Position numbers and translations under genes: made by a program
NCBI RefSeq assembly: GCF_004010195.1
Contig: NC_057718.1
Location: 54,779,864 to 54,814,991 of the forward strand
DNA: 35,128 nucleotides
Direction of reading: 5' to 3'
Source of the DNA: Chiloscyllium plagiosum
Taxonomy: Eukaryota
Part shown: positions 23,900 through 34,393 of the stretch, in pieces
Layout of the letters: the number at the start of each line of letters is the position of its first letter
Numbering within the stretch: position 1 is the first letter of the stretch
The notes under the pieces: model-generated
What the model was told of the DNA's origin: nothing
Seen by the model: the letters and a program-made list of their open reading frames with translations, nothing else
Databases searched by the model: none

Positions 23900-24490
23900 T
23901 CATTGATCAAGGAGCAATCACCACATTAACCATGATGCGTGTTACATGAGTTGCTATGTATGGAGGTCCACTCCAAGTGGAAAGCAGCAAGAGTGGAATC
24001 AACAAGATCATCGACATTCAGATGTCAACCATTCAAGACATTTCTGCTTTTGGACATAATTTATTAAATAATCCAGATCATGCTGAGAATTGCACCACAA
24101 ACCAATTTAAGATTATCAGTTGAGCTCACAGTGTGATGAATTAGCATTTTCTAGAAGCTACATATAATAATACACAGAATTCTATGTTTTGGAGGCAAAA
24201 GAAGTCATACTATTACGTTTTTTTTCATTGAAAAAAGAGAGACTGACAATCTCTTTCCTGTATTCTTGTGGCAACACTCTGACAATGACTCTTGGCAACA
24301 CTCTGACAAATCAGAGTTTGGCTGGTCTGAGAACTAAGATCGAATGTTAACTGTTCCTGTTGCATCTCCATGCCAATGATGGCCCAATCATTTAGCACCT
24401 TCTTCTCATGCAATATAAATTGGTGCCGAGTGTGTCAAGTCTGTTTCCTGTCCTCGAGTCCTGATGAGTACAAGATCAAAAACTTTGGCT
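23900..24490 (+). mobile_element. Ancient PLE remnant (endonuclease C-terminus and degenerate hammerhead)
   Basis: Manual translation from ~24043 gives SAFGHNLLNNPDHAENCTTNQFKIIS*AHSVMN*HFLEATY, resembling PLE GIY-YIG C-termini (SAIxxHL...F.I...LEA). CTGATGA at 24461-24467 has an eroded stem II and GAAA. Confidence 0.55.
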
Positions 24491-26536
24491 TCTTCTTATC
24501 AAATGTTTAAATCCTTTGAGAAATATTAAATATGAAGTGTCTTTGGCACACCAGCGGTTCAGTACTTCTCAGGCTTGTTGAAAGTCATCCAGCAGCGTCA
24601 TGAACATCCATTGTTATGGCCATGTCTACCTCCTTGAATGAACAAGATGTTTACTACTAACAATTGGGAGCAAATATCTTCATAGACAAGCTGAAATGCT
24701 TCTGCGTAACATGGTTCATTTACAGAGCAACAAAACTGAATCAAGAAGCTGTCACTGCAGCCATCATGTCAGCCGTTCTTATCACTAGAATTCACTAGAT
24801 TTTGCTCCCATGCATGACTGCTTGATGCTCACTGGAAGCTACAAGGATTTTCATACATTAGGTTAATAGCAAAACTGTTGAATGTTTTTCAGATCGGACA
24901 CTGACGCAGCACACTTGATGAGTTTCTATGCAGAAATTTTGAATACGTAGTTGTGCTGGAGATCCAAGACATCAGGGTGGAAGACAAACATTGAGATGCA
25001 TTCCTTCATGGATCAGGAGGAGTTCTTAGGGTATGTTTAATTTTGTCACCCTCTGACTTATTATTTGTATTATTTCTATTATCTTTGAAAATATAATTCT
25101 CACTTCTGTGGTCGCAGTTTATAAGTGAATTTCTCTACAGGAAGCAGTAGAAATGCCAATACTTTTGAAATATATTGTTAATTGCACCTTCAAGGATACA
25201 CAAAACATGTTGCTGTAATCCATAAACAATTGTTGCTTCTAACCACTGTCCATTGTCTAGCTGTAGAATTTCATCCTCATGTTCAGCAACATTTGGAATT
25301 GGAACAGGAGCAACATGACGACTGGGAGGTGTTTCTTTAGTGTATTCATCTTGTTTATGGCCTTATCAATAATTGTCATCTTCACCTGATCAATGCAGGA
25401 TCCTGTCATTCCAATAAACACATCCATGATCTCATTCGGTATCTCAGAGACAGCTCCAGAACATAACCATTGTTACGATTTTGTATGTTCCATTAATGAG
25501 CAGCAGTTCAGAAAAGTCCTCAGATTTAATTATTGGTGTTTTGAATTCATTGAACCGGGTGTGGTTTGTTTGCCTTCCAACACCCATCATCATCCTGTTC
25601 TGTTGAACCTATCCAGTGTGTCACAAAGTCTACCCATACTATCATCAACGGCTCTGAATAAGTCAGTGCCAAGATTGGCGTGCCGACACTGATTGCCATG
25701 CACAGAGCCTTGGTGTTGTGCAGCTTAGAGGGAACTTTGACTGACATCACGTGCTTTGTATCTTTATAATGGCACTCAGGATTACAATATTATTAAAGGT
25801 CCTCTGAATGTACTTCTTCAGGTGATTGTTCCCACTCACCAGTTTAGCCAAGTCTTCCTTCTTCTGCATTTAGTCCCAGTTGAGTTGTTATTTTCTGGTA
25901 TATAAGTTATGCATTACACACTTGGGACATGGTAGGTATGTACAATTACAAAGAAGTGATAGCAACCTCTTGGTTGCATTGAATTTCAATGTCATAATAG
26001 CTTTGCAGTCCTTGGCAAGATCTCCTGTAAAATGAAATGAAAAAATTCCAGTTTCCCAAGTGTGAGCTGACCTCGTCAAGAAACATTCACAGCAGATGTT
26101 ATCCTTGATCATGATGACCTCCGCAAAAGTCTGTGCATGCTAAACCTATCTCTGTTGGATTCTGTTCTTCATAATCAACCCACTCAGGGATGTTACACAC
26201 AGGAGTAGGTGGGACTTGAACCCAGATCTCTTGGCTCAGAGGCAGGGTTTCTATTATTGCACCACAATTGCTCACAGTTGTCACTCATCCCTACCCTTGC
26301 TTTGCTTTCTTAGGTAACTAGAATCTATTTTAACTTTTGGGGCTCTTTTTAAACTGCTCTGCTTAGTGGTAATTTAAGCTGTTTCCATGCTCCTTGTTTG
26401 TGTCTTAATTCCTCCCTTTCATTATATACTCAATCTTTACATATTTTGTTATATTACATAAAAACTGTGACTTTAAGACATTTCAGAATCATTTCATACC
26501 GGACCCCTCCTTTGAATAACAAAGATTTTAAGTTCT

Positions 26537-26622
26537 GAAGAAATCCAGCAGTTTTGGCAGCATCTGTGGACATAAGAACAGAGCTAACATTCCAAGTTCA
26601 ATATGACTCTTCTTTGAGTTCT
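26537..26622 (-). mobile_element. Degenerate PLE-type tail
   Basis: Minus strand aagaagagtcatattgaacttggaatgttagctctgttc..cacagatgctgcc resembles the other tails; the core is eroded. Confidence 0.45.
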
Positions 26623-27208
26623 AAACTAATTCAGTAGTCACCTTTTGTGACAAATAAAGATAGTGCACTTTTATAAATTCAGTTTCTAATTTACAATTTC
26701 CAGTGCCCCACATGACAGATCAGTAGTTTCTTGAAAGGGTTTGATGGTTTAAAGTTTAGGTGAAATTATTGTAAAGTGAATGTTTGTGATTTTTGAAGCT
26801 GAATATCTTGGAGGTTGCTTCTCAGGAATGTCCAAAATGGAAGGGGTTAATTACTTTGGCTGCTTGATGACTGGCAGCCAGTTTCAGAGTCTGCTGGCTG
26901 ATATCTGATGGTTTCAATGAATCTGCTGGATCTTGTTAAAGGTGGAGTCTATGAAACCAGTTTTGAATACTTTGTTAACAGTTTTGTTCAGTCTGAAACA
27001 TGGAGACAGTGGAAATTCCATAGCCTTTGGGTGTTGGGACATCCTTAAATAATCAAGTGTATGAATTTCACAGTTTTTTTGCAGTAACTTCACTTGTTTT
27101 CCTATTTAACTGAGTGTTGTCCAGAGACTTGACCATTTCTGTAGTCATATGCCAAAAGTTACATGATATGTAAGCAGCTTCCTTAACAGTTTGTGTGTAC
27201 CTAATTTA

Positions 27209-27690
27209 TAGAGTCATAGAGATGTACAGCATGGAAACAGACCCTTCAGTCCAACCCGTCCATGCCGACCAGATATCCCAACCCAATCTAGTGCCACCTG
27301 CCAGCACCCGGCCCATATCCCTCCAAACCCTTCCTATTCATATATCCATCCAAATGCCTCTTAAATGTTGCAATTGTACCAACCTCCACCACTTCCTCTG
27401 GCAGCTCATTCCATACACGTACCACCCTCTGTGTGAAAAAGTTGCCCCTTAGGTCTCTTTTATATCTTTCCCCTCTCACCCTAAATCTATGCCCTCTAGT
27501 TCTGGACTCCCCGACCCCAGAAAAAAGACTTTGCCTATTTACCCTATCCATGCCCCTCATAATTTTGTAAACCTCTATAAGGTCACCCCTCATCCCCGAC
27601 GCTTCAGGGAAAACAGCCCCAGCCTGTTCAGCCTCTCCCTATAGCTCAAATCCTCCAACCCAGGCAACATCCTTGTAAATCTTTTCTGAA
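27209..27690 (-). mobile_element. Young CR1 LINE 3' end
   Basis: RGDLIEVYKIMRGMDRVNRQSLF..TRGHRFRVRGERYKRDLRGNFFTQRVVRVWNELPEEVV, with a (ctatgact) tail. Confidence 0.95.
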
Positions 27691-29379
27691 TAGATCAAAT
27701 GTTTATCATATGGCATGCCTCTGGGTATGGCACTAGATTATGAAATTTCTTGTGCACCACCTCAGCTCTGTCACTTTTTCAGTTAAGATTTTGTCAAAGG
27801 TTCTCCCCTAAGTCAAAGAGGAATCCTCCTTCCTGCTGCATTCAATTTTTGGTCATTCCTCTCATGATTTATGGCTGCCCCATTATTCCCCTTACAATAT
27901 ACAGTAACTTCATTATTGATTAGTAGTATGGTTATTGTCTTTCCAACTAGCTCTTCTGCATTCAAGTTTCATCCCAAAAAGAAACATCTGGAGTAGTATG
28001 AGTCCACCAGGAGCTTCAGGTCCGAGTTTCATTGACTTTTACAACAATGCTAATTTCACATCAGGCAAATTGTTGTTCACTGATGGTTTCCTGAACTTGG
28101 TTCAACCTAGTCAGGTGTTTACAGCAGCTAGTTTGGGTCTGTATTTGTCCTTTTTTAAAAAGTCACTTGAGTGCATTAAAGTCTCTGGTATTAGAATCAG
28201 ATGATGAAGTTAGATGTTGTTTGTCTATTTTTACAATGGTTGTAAAAACTCATAAGTGCACATATTAGACAGGAAAGGTTGCCTAAACTATCTATCTTGC
28301 AAATGCAACAGATCCTTAATCTAGAATACACAAATGAATCATATTTCTGAAGGCACTTTAGCAAATGGAAAGAAGCAAAATCAATTGTTGACAGCAAGAA
28401 ATGAAAGACTTTCTGACTCCCTATTCTTCCTTTAACATCTCAAAAGCATCAAGAAAGCAAATGGAGAAATATCCATTCACTGACAACTATACAAATTTAA
28501 TTACTGTTGAGGATACGAGACATCAGTTAAACAGCTCTGGTTTTGGGTTCAACTATTATAACTCAAGGACAATAAGAACATTTAAAACTGTGTATTCTTT
28601 ATCCTCCTATTGGTCTAGAACTTCCTTTTTAAACTTTATACCTGCAGTTGTGTGTCTGTATTGGACGTCACAATTTATTGCGTTCTCAGGGTTAGTAAGT
28701 AATAAAATTGTTCTTTATTTCACTCAAGAAAAATTGGCTCATTAATTCTGATATGGGAAGTATGTTTAATCGAAACATGATACAACTGCATATTAAGAGA
28801 GTTAAAAGTCTATATTGCAGCCATCCAAGAACGTTAACAAAGGGGAGTTGATACACCCCTTTTCAACTGGTCATAACAACCCCCTCCCATATTCTTGCCT
28901 TGTGAATTATAAAGATTTGTGGACTCTAGCTCCATTCACTCTTTTGGATTCTTACAACTCAACCTGTGTTTGAAGTTCAGTGCTTTGTTTTAGGGAAGTA
29001 TGTAACTCAATCCTTTCTATATCCTTTTCCTCCAAAGCCTGTCTCCATGACAATGTGAGTCACGTGGTTCCCTGTATTCAAGTAAAAATATTACTTAGTT
29101 AAATTGAGAGTCGAAAGGATAGTGATGTGGTATCTCAATAGATCATTTGAAGTATAACCTTTTACAAAACCCTGATGTTTTGGTCATTATTTAAAGATGT
29201 GCATGCTTGCACTTTCTTCCTGGTAAAACCATCTTTGCATGGGGACCTCAAAATTCTTTAACACCCTCTCCAGTTTGCTGTCAGCAAAATTCAGAACAGG
29301 ATTATATGACTACTTCTTTTCTTCATTTTAGTTAAAGACATCCCCCCAAAATATGTCAGTCCCATAAATCCTCATATTT

Positions 29380-29870
29380 GTAACAGTTTCTTGAAAATGT
29401 AAGGAGGACTGTGATTAAAACAATCAGTAGCAGTTATACATTTAGATTTCCAAAAGGCATTTAGTAAGTGCCTCATGAAAGGTTACCACACTGAATAAAA
29501 ACATGTGGAACATGTGGCATTGTGGTCAATATACCAGAATAAATAGAAGGGACAGGAAACAATGTCAGGATATACGGGTGTTTTTCAGATATGGAAATTG
29601 TAACTCAGACTGTACAATCATTACTGGGTCTTCAGGTTTTTGCAATCCACATTAATTACATGAATAAAAGAGTTACTGCATCATAACCAAATTTGCTGAT
29701 GATGCTAAGGTAGACAAGAAAGCAAATGCTGTATAATACTGTGTAAGAGTCAGCAAGGGGCTATAAATAGGTTAAGTGAGCAGGCAAAAAATTGGCCAAT
29801 GGAATGTAATACATGAAAATGTGAGATTGCTCATTTTGACGTGAAGAATAGTAAAGCAGAATTTTATTGA
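29380..29870 (+). mobile_element. Decayed CR1 RT fragment
   Basis: ttagatttccaaaaggcattt (LDFQKAF) and aaatttgctgatgatgctaag (KFADDAK). Confidence 0.75.
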
Positions 29871-30294
29871 GATTATGTTTGATGACACCCAAAAGCATAT
29901 GTGGGCAGAACAAAATTTCTTAAATTGAAACAGAGGATGATAAAAGCCGAATGAACTCTTAAAATGAAAACCTTAACATACTTTTAAAAAGTGAGGAGAA
30001 AAAGAACTTAAAGAAGATTTTTTTAATTTAAAAAATTAGCTTAATATTGCACATTCACATTTAAAAATCAGAGGTAAGCATGCACAGTCAGAATTTATTA
30101 TAATTAGATCATTGGTGTCAGCAGACTTTTAAATAGAAAGAGATTGCCGAATAATGAGGTACAAACGGATATAGGTGTTGTAGTGGTTGTAACAAAGTCA
30201 GCCAGGTGGACCTCAAAGAATATGAGTTCCCTGATTGGGGCAGTTAGCTTGGTCTAATTACATGGCCCTGGCTGACAGATATAACCAGGAGTGT

Positions 30295-30643
30295 TACCTT
30301 CCTCTGTTTCTAGTTGCACTTCAGTCCCACGCTCCTGATCTTCGGATACCCAGTACAGAGGGGGGAGGGAAGGTCTGAGGACCTCCTTATGGGTCTGCTC
30401 TTGGGCCTGGCCAAACTGCCATAAACAGGTCCAGGCAGCGGGCGGTGGAGGGAGTCGTTAGGGCCAATTGCCTGCCCCTCTTCCATGGTTGCATTAGAGC
30501 CCGGGTGTCTGCGGAGAAGGAGAACGCGGTGTCCACCAACACCCTGGAGTTTTTCAGGGAGAGGTGGGCACCGCAGGGAGTGGAGTGTATTATTTCTCCC
30601 TCCAACTCTATTTTGATTTAATCCCTGCCCTGCCTTTACTGTT
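30295..30643 (+). mobile_element. Tx1-clade LINE ORF2 3' fragment, copy A
   Basis: Homologous to copies B and C, ending shortly after the ORF2 stop (ISPSNSILI*). Confidence 0.8.
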
Positions 30644-31310
30644 CCAACTGCTTGTTCTGTGGTGCTGTGGACTCCGTGGACCACGTGTATATTGGGTGTG
30701 GGTGTTTGCACTCACTTTTTGATTTTCTGAAAAACCTCCTCCTCTGCTTTTGGTTGCACTTCAGTCCCACGCTCCTGATCTTTGGGCACCCGGTACGGAG
30801 GAAGGAGGGCAGATCTGAGGACCTCCTCGTGGGTCTGCTCCTGGGTCTGGCCAAACTGGCCATAAACAGGTCCAGGCAGCAGGCCGTGGAGGGATCGTTA
30901 GGGCCGACTGCCTGCCCCTCTTCCGCGGTTACGTTAGAGCCCGGGTGTCTCTGGAGAAGGAGTACGAGGTCTCCACCAACACCCTTGAGCTGTTCAGGGA
31001 GAGGTGGGCACCGCAGGGAGTGGAGTGTATTATTTCTCCCTCCAACTCTATTTTGATTTAATCCCTGCCCTGCCTTTACTGTTTGATCACACAGCATTGC
31101 CCTTTGATGTGAAGGGCACTGCTTGTCACTGGCCACTTGTGTGTTTCTTTTCTTCCCGGTGGTGGAAATTGAATAAAGATTTTGTGAACCTTGTGTCTTT
31201 CACTGTGTCTCACACCTGCACACACACAACATGAGTACGAGGGAAAAATAAGCACTACCCCAGTTAATGGTAGTGTGGGGTTAAGAAAAAAAAGAATATG
31301 AAAGAAAATT
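30644..31310 (+). mobile_element. Tx1-clade LINE 3' end, copy B (CCHC zinc knuckle, 3' UTR, A tail)
   Basis: CLFCGAVDSVDHVYIGC (C-x2-C-x7-H-x4-C), then LLLCFWLHFSPTLLIFG..LLLGLAKLAINRSR, typical of the Tx1/L1 ORF2 C-terminus. AATAAA, terminal hairpin and A-rich tail. Confidence 0.85.
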
Positions 31311-31532
31311 AACAAGAGTGTCATAGGTTCTGTTCACTCTGAGAGCTGGCTCTGAGGGAGCTTGATCTGTGCAAAGGACTCTCCATGTCTAAATAAAGGA
31401 CATCTTGGTAATGGGACGTTAGCCTCTGTGGAGTTATTTCACCTCCCCTGTGACCTCTAAAACCCACCCCCAATCTGTTTGCCTTCTGACTAAGGTCCCC
31501 AATTACAAAAAAAGGAAAATAAACAGGAGTGT

Positions 31533-32052
31533 TACCTTCCTCTGTTTCTGGTTGCACTTAAGTCCCATGCTCCTGATCTTCGGATACCCGGTACAGTACA
31601 GGGAGGACAGGTCTGAGGACCTCCATATGGGTCTGCTCCTGGGCCTGGCCAAACTAGCCTTAAACAGATCCAGGCAGCAGGCCGTGGAGGGGGTTGTTAG
31701 GGCCAATTGCATGCCCCTCTTCTGCGGTTATGTCAGAGCCCAGGCATCTCTGGAGAAGGAGCACGTGGTGTCCACCAACACCCTTGAGCTGTTCAGGGAG
31801 AGGATGGCACCGCAGGAAGTGGAGTGCATTATTTCCCCCTCCAACTCTATTTTGATTTAATCCCCGCCCTCCCCTTCACTGATCACGCAGCATTGCCCTT
31901 TCAGAAGGGCACTGCTTGTCACTGGCCACTTGGGTGTTTCCTTTCTTCCTGGTGGTGAAATATAAATAAAGGTTTACACACTTGTTGTTCTTCATTGTGT
32001 CCGACACCTACACACACACACGGCATGGAGCTAGGGGGGAAAAAAAGTAAAA
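31533..32052 (+). mobile_element. Tx1-clade LINE 3' end, copy C
   Basis: FLCFWLHLSPMLLIFG..LLLGLAKLALNRSRQQAVEG..ISPSNSILI*. The 3' UTR ends ctagggggg-A-tail. Confidence 0.85.
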
Positions 32053-32169
32053 AAACAGGAGTGTCAGAAGTTCTGCTCACTTTGACAGCTGCCTCTGTGG
32101 GAGCTGGATCAGTGTGAGTGAAGGATTCTGCTCTTCTTTTTCCAGTATTAAAAAAGGAGAGGAGACTAA

Positions 32170-32310
32170 TTCTGTTGCTGCCTTCCCGTTGAGGAGTGGG
32201 AAATGAATAAAGATTTTTGTCTTTCACAGTGTCCCACACCAGCACACACACAATGTGGATGCTGGGGAAAATATAAGCACTCCCGCAGTGTGGGAGTATT
32301 CAAAAAAAAA
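32170..32310 (+). mobile_element. Tx1 3'-UTR-only remnant, copy D
   Basis: tgaataaagattttt..ctttcacagtgtcccacacc..cacacacaa..gggaaaatataagcact matches 31170-31257, followed by a hairpin and A9. Confidence 0.7.
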
Positions 32311-32332
32311 TACAGGAGTGTGGCTGTGCATT

Positions 32333-32403
32333 CAGGCAGTGGCGTAATGGATAATGTATCTGACTTTGGATCAAAAGTTGAGGCTTGAGTCCTCCCTGGC
32401 GAA
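32333..32403 (+). pseudogene. tRNA-Arg-derived pseudogene (anticodon position reads TTG, likely from TCG)
   Basis: cagtggcgtaatggataatgtatctgactttggatcaaaa resembles vertebrate tRNA-Arg (CAGTGGCGCAATGGATAACGCGTCTGACT.CGGATCAGAA). T-arm and acceptor stem are damaged. Confidence 0.75.
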
Positions 32404-32467
32404 AATCCAATGTGTTAATTTGTCCCTATTGTACATTGACGTTGTCTGTAAATTGCTGTTGTGCATT

Positions 32468-32540
32468 GGGCCAGTGGCATAATAAATAATGCGTCTGACT
32501 TCGGACCAGAAAGTTGTAGGTTCGAGTCCGACCTCATTCG
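32468..32540 (+). pseudogene. tRNA-Arg(TCG) pseudogene
   Basis: 73 nt: GGGCCAGTGG..GCGTCTGACT-TCG-GACCAGAA..GGTTCGAGTCC..TCG. B box intact, acceptor stem mispaired, D-loop GG lost. Confidence 0.85.
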
Positions 32541-32805
32541 AATGCAATGTGCTACTGTGTCCCCATTACATGTTGACGGTTGTCTGTCTGTTACTGTTTA
32601 GGGAAAAAAAATAATCAGAAGTGTCACCGCTGTTAGGTGGAAGTGTGGTGGAGAAAGAGAAAGAGAGAAAAAACGAGAGTGTTAGATATCCTAGGGGAAA
32701 AAAAATGTGTCAGAGGTTCCACTCACTTTGAGAGCTGCTCCAAGGAAGCCAGGCCAGTGTCAAGTACTATATACATGTAAATACAGGGTGACTTGGTAAC
32801 AGAAG

Positions 32806-34393
32806 TGGCGACAATAGTGGGATTAATGATATAAATATGCAAAAGTACCTCCTAGCTGAAGCCCAATTGTAGGTCAGGCACTACGCTGGCTTTGTCATTA
32901 GACAATGCAGCAAGAAAATGCAAATGAATTACAGGATATGGTGATGGAAGTGGACACATCACCAGGGCAAGTGAGCTTGGAAGACACCACTTGAGTGAAT
33001 GTAATTGCATAGCCTCACTCAGGAGAAATCCTGAATTAAGGGACTTGAGGTCAGTCCACAGCAAAATCCCAAAACAAAGCCAAGCCTCAACCAAATGGTT
33101 GACATTTTTTTTAGAATCTGGGCCGGCAAGCCATGTAATTGCTGCTGGTACGTAGGCTTGAGACAGCAAAAGAGCCCCAGTAGGCCTGAATTGAGTAAGA
33201 GAACAGTGGTCAGTATCCTGGAGAGTGCACACCCTGGAAAGTCCACCAACATCTGTTTTGGAACAGTTAAATTGCTTAGCAACATCAAAAATCAGAGCCA
33301 ATCAAATAAATGTCTGGCTAAATGGCCACCCGGTTCTAATGGAAGTTGATTCTAATGGGGCTGTATCAGTGATTGCACAACCAGTCTTTAACAAAATTTG
33401 CTCTGGACTCCAGCCCTTAAGTTTGCCTAAGACCTGAGCAAGACTGAGAACCTCTACTGGGGAACCTTTACAGATTAAGGGTACAACTTCAGTTCCAGTC
33501 TCATACGAGAGCATGTTGGTTCAGTTACCAGTGATTGCAGTGAAAGGCTAATGGAGCAAAATTGGTTGAGAGAAATAGACTCAACATTTTTTGATCAGGA
33601 AAGGGCTGCCTGAGTGAAGTCCTAATTAATTACCTAAAAGGATTTTCAAGAAGGTCCAGGGACTATCAAAGGAGCCAAGGCCACCTTATGTGTTGACCAG
33701 AAAGCAATTCCACAATTCTGTAAGGCCAACCCAGTGCCTTTTGTCTTATGTGCAAAAGTAGAGGCAGAAATCAGGATGTTGGAAAGTGAAGAAATCATCA
33801 AACCAGTCCAGTTGGCAAAATGACAAGCATCAGTTATACCAATTATGAAGCCCAAAGAATGGCTTCGCCTTTGTGGGTGAATTGCTTTTTGAAACTGGAT
33901 AAATTGCATAGAGAATTTATACATAAAGTTGGCGGGGGTGGGAGTGCAGTCCTTCATGAAGCTGGACATGAGCCATGTGTATCTGCAATTGTAATTAGAT
34001 GAAGATTTCCAGAAGTATGCTACAATTAATGCCAATAAGGATTTGTACCAATATACGAGGCTGCTATTTGGGAATATCATCAGCCTGTGCCATCATTCAG
34101 TAGATAACGGAGAACATTTTACAAGGTCTATCCCAGGTTGCCATTTATACGAATGATGTGCTAATAACAGGGAAGACCAATAAAGAGCATTTAGAGAAAT
34201 TGAACATTGTCTTGAGATATTCTTCCAACGTCAGCATATGCCTGAGAAGGGAAAAACGCATGTTCCAGGCACCCCAAGTACAAGACTGGGTTACACTTGT
34301 TGGAAGATAAAGCGAGGGTGATTAAAAGTGCTACAGCTCTCACATCTGTCCTGGAACTTAGGTCTTTCCTTGGATTGGTGAATTATTATCAAA
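32806..34393 (+). mobile_element. Decayed Gypsy (Ty3) internal region: PBS, protease and RT
   Basis: TGGCGAC PBS-like motif at 32806. VWLNGHPVLMEVDSNGAVSVI is a degenerate aspartic-protease DTG motif. RT motifs KLDMSHVYLQL, LYQYTRLLFG, IYTNDVLITG and RSFLGLVNYY are present, with many stops and frameshifts. Confidence 0.9.

Larger units (their letters stand above)
30188..31441 (+). mobile_element. Gypsy-type LTR (TG..CA), interrupted at 30294 by Tx1 inserts
   Basis: 5' half 30188-30294 starts TGTAAC and has a TATA-like GATATAA. The 3' half resumes at 31311-31441 (gtgtcataggttctgttcactctgagagctg..AATAAA..ttatttCA). Homologous 3' halves at ~32053-32130 and ~32701-32800; the last is followed by a PBS and gag-pol. 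Confidence 0.75.

Noticed and set aside
24500..26150. Possible DNA-transposon transposase remnant
   Set aside because: I could not recognise a catalytic motif or terminal repeats by eye; it needs tBLASTx.
28420..28879. Possible LTR remnant ending cataaca and the 114-aa ORF at 28401
   Set aside because: No clear 5' boundary or TSD, and the ORF has no recognisable similarity.
32333..32540. Functional tRNA genes (Gln-TTG or Arg-TCG)
   Set aside because: Broken acceptor stems, damaged D or T arms, and no T-run terminator. TTG is most simply CpG decay of TCG.
30283..32710. CRISPR array (repeat-spacer look)
   Set aside because: Eukaryotic context, a repeat of only 11-12 bp, spacers from ~20 bp to 1 kb ending in A tails, and no cas genes. 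Target-site duplication explains it better.
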